The notes under the pieces: generated by a model | Seen by the model: the letters and a program-made list of their open reading frames with translations, nothing else | Database searches by the model: none | Told to the model about the DNA's origin: nothing | Position numbers and translations under genes: made by a program | DNA from: a virus | Virus record (IMG/VR): IMGVR_UViG_3300021057_000011 | Location: 1 to 35,725 of that record | Length of the DNA: 35,725 nucleotides | Direction: 5' to 3' (one strand) | Part shown: positions 31,162-35,725 of the stretch, one piece after another | Position numbering within the stretch: the stretch's first letter is position 1 | Layout of the letters: every line of letters begins with the position of its first letter

Positions 31162-32599
31162 ACAGATCTTTCACTTTGTCCTGGGTGGCCTGGGTGGGCA
31201 GCACCGTCTTGGCACCGACCTTGGGCATGGTGCGCTCGACCTTTTCCAGCTGCCCGAAGGCATTGGCCATCTTGATGAAGGTCCCGAGCTCCTTGCTCAG
31301 GGCCGGATCAAAACTGCCGCCGGTGCGGGCCTCGATCATGGCCCCGTGGTGGATGCGGTTGGCCTGCAACGACGAGAGAGCCCCGAGCACCCCCTTCATG
31401 TCGTTCATGGAGCCGATGGAGACCATGTTGGCGTAGTAGCAGCCGGCATCGGGCTTGTAAGCTTCGCAGGCAGACGGCGCATCCCCCAGCGGCCGCAGCT
31501 GGCAGGTATTGCACTGCCGCGGCATCAGCATGCGCGGGTCGATGTACGGGCTCAGGCCCTCGGGCAGCATGGTCTGGATCGGGGTGTTGCGAATCATCTC
31601 GGCGCTGCGGGCCACCTGGGTGTACTGGGCCTCGGCATCGGGGGTGACCCCCAAACCGAAGGTCTCGATCATCAGATCCTTGGCCTTGGCCTGCTCGGCG
31701 GCGGTGAGCCAGTAGGACTGGACGATGTGCAGCGCGGCATAATCGGCATAGCATTTCCAAGCGTGTGCGTTCATGGTGTGCACCGCAGCGGAGTCGTCCT
31801 TGAAAATGCCCTCGACATCAAGGCCCGCGGCGATGAACTTGTGCCGGTACTTGTTGCGGATCTCCTCTTTGTGATCGGAGTTAAAAGCCTGCAACCGGTG
31901 GTTGTCCCAGATGTAGGTGACCCCGTACTTGCCACCGGCGAGCCAGGACGCCGAGTCGACGGAGAAGTAGGGCGAGCGGTTGATCGAGCCTTCATCAACA
32001 GCCCCGTGGGCATGCATCAGGATGCCTTTGTCGGCGAAGCTGCGCTGGAGCCCCTGCAGCTCGGGGCTGACACTCTCGGTCAGCTCCGGGTGCAGGGCCA
32101 CGACCGGGAACTTGTAAAAGCCGTGCTCCTTGAGGGCGCCCAGATGGGCCCGGCGCACCACGGGCACGACCCGGATGCCGTTGTCGCGCAGCTCGTCGAG
32201 GTGGTCCTTGCGGAACTGCTCGGACAGCTGGCTGGCCAGGTCGACCTCGAAGACCCAGGTGAAGACCTCGGCCATCTCCTGCACGTACTCGAGGTACTCA
32301 GCGGTGTAGGCCTGGATCTCGGCGACGGTGGCCGGCTTGCCTTTTTTGGCCTGCTGGATGTAAGCCTGCCCGCCGGCATCGAGCAGCACATGGTCGAACT
32401 TCGCCAGCTGCTGTTTGACCTTGGTCGGGTTGTGGTTGCGCAGGTAGAAATAGGAGACCAGGATATTGCGGATCCCGGCTTTGTAGGCGTAGCTGCGCAG
32501 GGTGTCGTTCTCCGCGCCGCCGAGGAAAATCAGCTTGCCGTAGACCTCGTGCTGCAGCGGCCGCATCTTGGGGTACTCGGCATTGAAGTCACGATACAT
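31046..32599 (-). CDS. tRNA-guanine transglycosylase-fold (DpdA-like) protein fused to a Cys-rich C-terminal domain
   Basis: ILVSYFY; LLDAGG (cf. DSG); HAHG (cf. HxxG); SVDSASWL.GGKYG; C-terminal CxxC...C...C. Confidence 0.7.
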   Translation of the reverse strand: MYRDFNAEYPKMRPLQHEVYGKLIFLGGAENDTLRSYAYKAGIRNILVSYFYLRNHNPTKVKQQLAKFDHVLLDAGGQAYIQQAKKGKPATVAEIQAYTAEYLEYVQEMAEVFTWVFEVDLASQLSEQFRKDHLDELRDNGIRVVPVVRRAHLGALKEHGFYKFPVVALHPELTESVSPELQGLQRSFADKGILMHAHGAVDEGSINRSPYFSVDSASWLAGGKYGVTYIWDNHRLQAFNSDHKEEIRNKYRHKFIAAGLDVEGIFKDDSAAVHTMNAHAWKCYADYAALHIVQSYWLTAAEQAKAKDLMIETFGLGVTPDAEAQYTQVARSAEMIRNTPIQTMLPEGLSPYIDPRMLMPRQCNTCQLRPLGDAPSACEAYKPDAGCYYANMVSIGSMNDMKGVLGALSSLQANRIHHGAMIEARTGGSFDPALSKELGTFIKMANAFGQLEKVERTMPKVGAKTVLPTQATQDKVKDLFEDDDDGEIYPTTPLSERDTDDPGAAGEPDPFDPSRFS

Positions 32600-32849
32600 G
32601 GATGTGCTTCGTCGCCTTGTCGTAGAAGTCGAAGCTCAGCTGATCGGGATCAGCATCGCCGGGCTCGATCCGCGTGTAGCTGAATTCGGTGTTGGCGACC
32701 AGGGCCTGGGCGACTTCCTTGCGGAAGGCCTCGCCTTTGCGCCGCATGCACAACGGATCCATCGCCTGGGCCGGGGAGACGGTGATCACCTTCTCGGCCG
32801 CAAACTCCGCATTTTTAAGACTAAGCCGGACGAAAACCGGGGGGGACAT
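32589..32849 (-). CDS. Hypothetical protein
   Basis: GGAGG before MSPPVF. Confidence 0.65.
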   Translation of the reverse strand: MSPPVFVRLSLKNAEFAAEKVITVSPAQAMDPLCMRRKGEAFRKEVAQALVANTEFSYTRIEPGDADPDQLSFDFYDKATKHIHVS

Positions 32850-33087
32850 CGGCAGACCCTCCTTCCGCAACAGGCTCAGCAGCCGCACTTAAAAAGGCGT
32901 GCTTAATATCCTTCCCCTGGAGGTACACGAACGGGTACGGGGCCGGCAGATCCAGCAGCAAACTCTCATTGAACCGTGACGCCCGCTCCAGAAAGTCCTT
33001 TACCTCCTCCACCGCATCCAGAGGAAGGGGGATCGGATCCAACCAGACCCCGGGCTCGGAAAAGACATGCAGAAACAGCATGGTCAA
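32821..33087 (-). CDS. Hypothetical protein
   Basis: 88 aa, ATG start coupled to upstream gene. Confidence 0.6.
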   Translation of the reverse strand: MTMLFLHVFSEPGVWLDPIPLPLDAVEEVKDFLERASRFNESLLLDLPAPYPFVYLQGKDIKHAFLSAAAEPVAEGGSADVPPGFRPA

Positions 33088-33377
33088 CGTCCTTTCTGAT
33101 ACAGCGGCGAAGCCGGCTCATGGGTTTCGAAGTAGCGCATGACCTTGTCCAGGCTCAGGTTGGCGCGCATGGCTACCTGACCGGCGGTGAAGGGAAGACC
33201 CTTGTGGATCAAAACCGACACCGCGCGGGCCAGGACCTCTTTTTCCGCCGCGGTCAGGGGGCCCACCACAGAGACCCCCAACGCAGCGGCCATCCGGGCC
33301 TGGGCAAAGGTGTCGACCATGCCCAACCGAAGCTGACGCGCGACGGCCAGCACATGCTCAAAGCGATTGTCGGACAT
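33084..33377 (-). CDS. HTH protein with TetR-like DNA-binding segment
   Basis: EVLARAVSVLIHKGLPFTAGQVAMRANLSLDKVMRYF. Confidence 0.55.
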   Translation of the reverse strand: MSDNRFEHVLAVARQLRLGMVDTFAQARMAAALGVSVVGPLTAAEKEVLARAVSVLIHKGLPFTAGQVAMRANLSLDKVMRYFETHEPASPLYQKGR

Positions 33378-33381
33378 CGGC

Positions 33382-33720
33382 TCAGCGCTTCTGCAGGATG
33401 ATTTCCCAGCAGAAGACGGAGACCTTCCCCTCGCCGCTGCGATCGGGGGCTTCGACGAAATACACGTCGAGCAGGAAGTAGATGCCTCGCTGGGAGAGCT
33501 GAGACTTGGCCTTGGTCAGGGACTTTCCGGCCTGGTTGACGGCCTCCTGGCCGATGCAGCGGATCACGTAGCGGTGATCGGGATAGCCCTGGACCACGGC
33601 GGAGATGGCAGCGGCCAAGCGGGGCACGCTGCTCGAGGCGGTGGCTTTGAGAGAAACGGTCCCGTCTTTGATTGACGGCACGAAGCGAGGGTCATCCTGA
33701 GGTAAGGTGGTATCGTCCAT
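33382..33720 (-). CDS. spoVS: SpoVS-family (Alba-like) protein
   Basis: LKATASSSVPRLAAAI...IRCIGQEAVNQAGKSL..AK..L...GI matches the SpoVS pattern; GGAG before MDDTT (the track extends the frame to 33960). Confidence 0.75.
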   Translation of the reverse strand: MDDTTLPQDDPRFVPSIKDGTVSLKATASSSVPRLAAAISAVVQGYPDHRYVIRCIGQEAVNQAGKSLTKAKSQLSQRGIYFLLDVYFVEAPDRSGEGKVSVFCWEIILQKR

Positions 33721-33895
33721 TTTGGTGCTCCATTGATCTTCCAATCGGTAGAAGGGTCCGTGTGCGGACGGTGGTGCCAGTAGGGGCGGCAAACAGACAA
33801 AAAATGAAAACAGCGAAAACGGACGTATCAACGGGTGAACCAGTGCGCCTGGGGGTGTGTCTGTTTCCGATACTAGCACATCGGGGAAGGTGTGC

Positions 33896-34333
33896 CTATA
33901 GGAGGGGGCCTTTGACACAGGAAAAATAGCATGTCGTGCCGTTTTCGAGGATATAAACATTCACGAAACTGTGATCGATCACACTGTGACGAAGATCCTG
34001 TATCATTCCGAAGTCACACAGCACTGTCACCACCGTGCCCGGTTTGAGAGCCGTGAAAAAACGGCGGTACGGCTCGCTGGCAACAATTTTCAGATCCTGC
34101 GGTTCGAGCGGAAGGAACACGTTGCTGTGCCGGGTATCCAGCGGCAGGCCTTCCGGATGAGAGAAGATATGAAAGAAACCCCGGTAGGTTTTCAGTTTCT
34201 GCCGCTGGGTGGCATTGCACAGAACCAAGGGCTTCTTTCGGAGGAACATCGCCTGGGTCACTTCCTGGCGCAGGTCCTCATCCGAGAGGATCGTTTTGAA
34301 ACACGTCGGGCGTGTGGAGAATCGTTCGGACAC
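33896..34333 (-). CDS. Hypothetical protein
   Basis: 145 aa on the coding strand; start uncertain. Confidence 0.55.
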   Translation of the reverse strand: MSERFSTRPTCFKTILSDEDLRQEVTQAMFLRKKPLVLCNATQRQKLKTYRGFFHIFSHPEGLPLDTRHSNVFLPLEPQDLKIVASEPYRRFFTALKPGTVVTVLCDFGMIQDLRHSVIDHSFVNVYILENGTTCYFSCVKGPLL

Positions 34334-34937
34334 TGGTTGGCTTCCACTCTTTCTTTCCTATGATCTCACACATCCCCCAGTTGGCCAATGCCAGGGCATC
34401 AGTCATGTTATTGTCAGCGAGGGGAATGCCGAACTTGATGCTCATCATGCTTATCATCAGTTCCTTGCCGGCTTTACCATTGCCCTTGCCGCAGGTATAC
34501 ATCTTCAAAGCAGCGGGAGCGATAAGGAGGTGCTCCCCAGGATACTGCGTGAGTAACCGTCTCACATCACCCCCAATTTCGGCCAGATCCAGGACGGAGC
34601 TTCCTTTCGCCGCGAAGGCGTAATCTTCGTGTACAATTTTCGCCGGTTGGTACTGGCGCGTATAGTACGCAATCGCATCCAGCGCATATGCATGAAGCTG
34701 CTCAGAGGGAACCCGGGGAATTGCACCGGGCTTCCGTTTGCCTGGATTTTTGGGTTCCTTTTTCGGCGGTGCCTCGGAATAGACATTCACAATATACACC
34801 GACCAATCCGGCAGGACATAGCACAGGCTCGTCCCCCGCAGGGTCGTATCATAGCCTGCCATGATCGCCTGGGGCTGGAACGGAGTGTCAAAATACGACG
34901 CACAGGCTGCGTTGAGTCTGTCAGTGAGATGTTTCAT
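34278..34937 (-). CDS. ruvC: RuvC-like Holliday junction resolvase
   Basis: AGYD, IVHEDYAF, LAEIGG, P..LK...CGKGN..K..M, DNNMTDA acidic motifs. Confidence 0.85.
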   Translation of the reverse strand: MKHLTDRLNAACASYFDTPFQPQAIMAGYDTTLRGTSLCYVLPDWSVYIVNVYSEAPPKKEPKNPGKRKPGAIPRVPSEQLHAYALDAIAYYTRQYQPAKIVHEDYAFAAKGSSVLDLAEIGGDVRRLLTQYPGEHLLIAPAALKMYTCGKGNGKAGKELMISMMSIKFGIPLADNNMTDALALANWGMCEIIGKKEWKPTSVRTILHTPDVFQNDPLG

Positions 34938-35557
34938 GATACGTCTCTCCATTTACGCTGTTGTTTCCAGGGGACGGATGACTGACCGGTACGTTGCATG
35001 TATCGCTCGGCCGCCTCAATGTCAGCCAGCTTGACATACAAAACATTGCGAATCTTGACGGAGTCGATGTACCCATCACGGGCAGCGTCCCCAATCGTAT
35101 TCCCGGAGGCATGACCGTATCCGAGCCGTTTGGCTGCCTGCCTGGCGGTCAAGGCCGGCCAGGGGGCGCGGGTACGCAGATAGATCTGGATCAAAGGCTC
35201 AGCGGCATCCAACGGGACCATCCAGCGCCGACCGATTTTCTCCGCCTGAAGGAAACCAGTCTCCACCCGGTACTTCAAAACGTCCTTCTTTATGTTCAGC
35301 ATGTTGGCCAACTCAATCAAAGTGTAATGGGTTGGATAGCTCTCGAGTTCGGTACACCCCAGAACCCGTGCGGCTCGCTGGATGGTCGAGACATTGTACT
35401 GCGTCCCGAATTTCATATTGAAAGCCTCGGTACAGCCCTTACGGCCCCGGCGCGGATATTCCTTACGCACGAAGGCTTTCATGGCGTCACTCCAGCGCGA
35501 CGAAATCGAGTGTGTCACCCGTCGAGGACCTCCGCCCAGGTCGTTCCGTTGGTCCAC
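34934..35557 (-). CDS. DNA-binding protein with tandem excisionase-like (HTH_17) domains; start uncertain
   Basis: YTLIELANMLNIKKDVLKYRVETGFLQAEKIGRRWMVP and LTARQAAKRLGY...IDSVKIRNVLYV. Confidence 0.75.
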   Translation of the reverse strand: MDQRNDLGGGPRRVTHSISSRWSDAMKAFVRKEYPRRGRKGCTEAFNMKFGTQYNVSTIQRAARVLGCTELESYPTHYTLIELANMLNIKKDVLKYRVETGFLQAEKIGRRWMVPLDAAEPLIQIYLRTRAPWPALTARQAAKRLGYGHASGNTIGDAARDGYIDSVKIRNVLYVKLADIEAAERYMQRTGQSSVPWKQQRKWRDVS

Positions 35558-35691
35558 AGCGCCCCGTCATGCCAAAAATAGGCATGCTGGTACAGGTACT
35601 GGACCTCAGCCTGGCGGGTAGGAAACGCCAGGATCGCATCGGTGCACTCGGTATCGTACCCGTAGTCCTGATAAATCACCACCTCAACCAT
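35515..35691 (-). CDS. Hypothetical protein
   Basis: GGAGGTG before MVEVVIY. Confidence 0.6.
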   Translation of the reverse strand: MVEVVIYQDYGYDTECTDAILAFPTRQAEVQYLYQHAYFWHDGALWTNGTTWAEVLDG

Positions 35692-35725
35692 GCGCCACCT
35701 CCGCATACCACCTTGATAAGAGCTG

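Larger units (their letters stand above)
1..35725 (-). mobile_element. Segment of a phage/prophage-like genome (early/accessory and DNA-metabolism region)
   Basis: About 90 co-oriented small genes with overlapping start/stop codons; phage-typical families (Ead/Ea22-like, DUF3850, DUF1599, GP88-like, RuvC-like, DUF2786, large serine recombinase); no host housekeeping genes; no boundaries visible. Confidence 0.85.

Noticed and set aside
1-35725. tRNA/rRNA genes, att sites, IS elements, reverse transcriptase/DGR, virion structural genes
   Set aside because: No T-arm/D-arm consensus, transposase, RT motif, template/variable repeat pair or structural-protein signature was found by eye.

Overview
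The whole 35.7 kb window reads as one segment of a GC-rich (about 60% by eye) tailed-phage or prophage-like genome. About 90 tightly packed, mostly small genes run on the minus strand, many with overlapping start/stop codons. I saw no structural (head/tail) genes, tRNAs or host housekeeping genes. Products recognisable from motifs (recalled from family knowledge; no search was run) are a large serine recombinase, a RuvC-like resolvase, a TGT/DpdA-like protein with a Cys-rich tail, a GP88-like Cys-cluster protein, SpoVS, DUF1599/Nmad1, DUF3850 (ASCH-like), a YspA/SLOG protein, DUF2786, an Ead/Ea22-like protein and several HTH proteins. The best unexplained signals are: (1) a cluster at about 9.7-11.9 kb of orphan antitoxin-like segments (DinJ C-terminus, HicB-like fold, possible TacA/DUF1778 C-terminus), two of them fused to paralogous Zn-ribbons, with no toxin in the window, a candidate anti-toxin-antitoxin arsenal; (2) a solitary 29-nt type I-E CRISPR-like repeat at 17454-17482 that ends one gene and sits just before a low-GC ORF (Racr-like); (3) a ~270-nt multi-branched structured RNA at about 21.29-21.56 kb; (4) two 17-18 aa hydrophobic microproteins ending in YY(S)R that resemble type I toxins; (5) phased A-tracts and several families of shuffled paralogous modules. 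All functional calls are motif-level and need confirmation.
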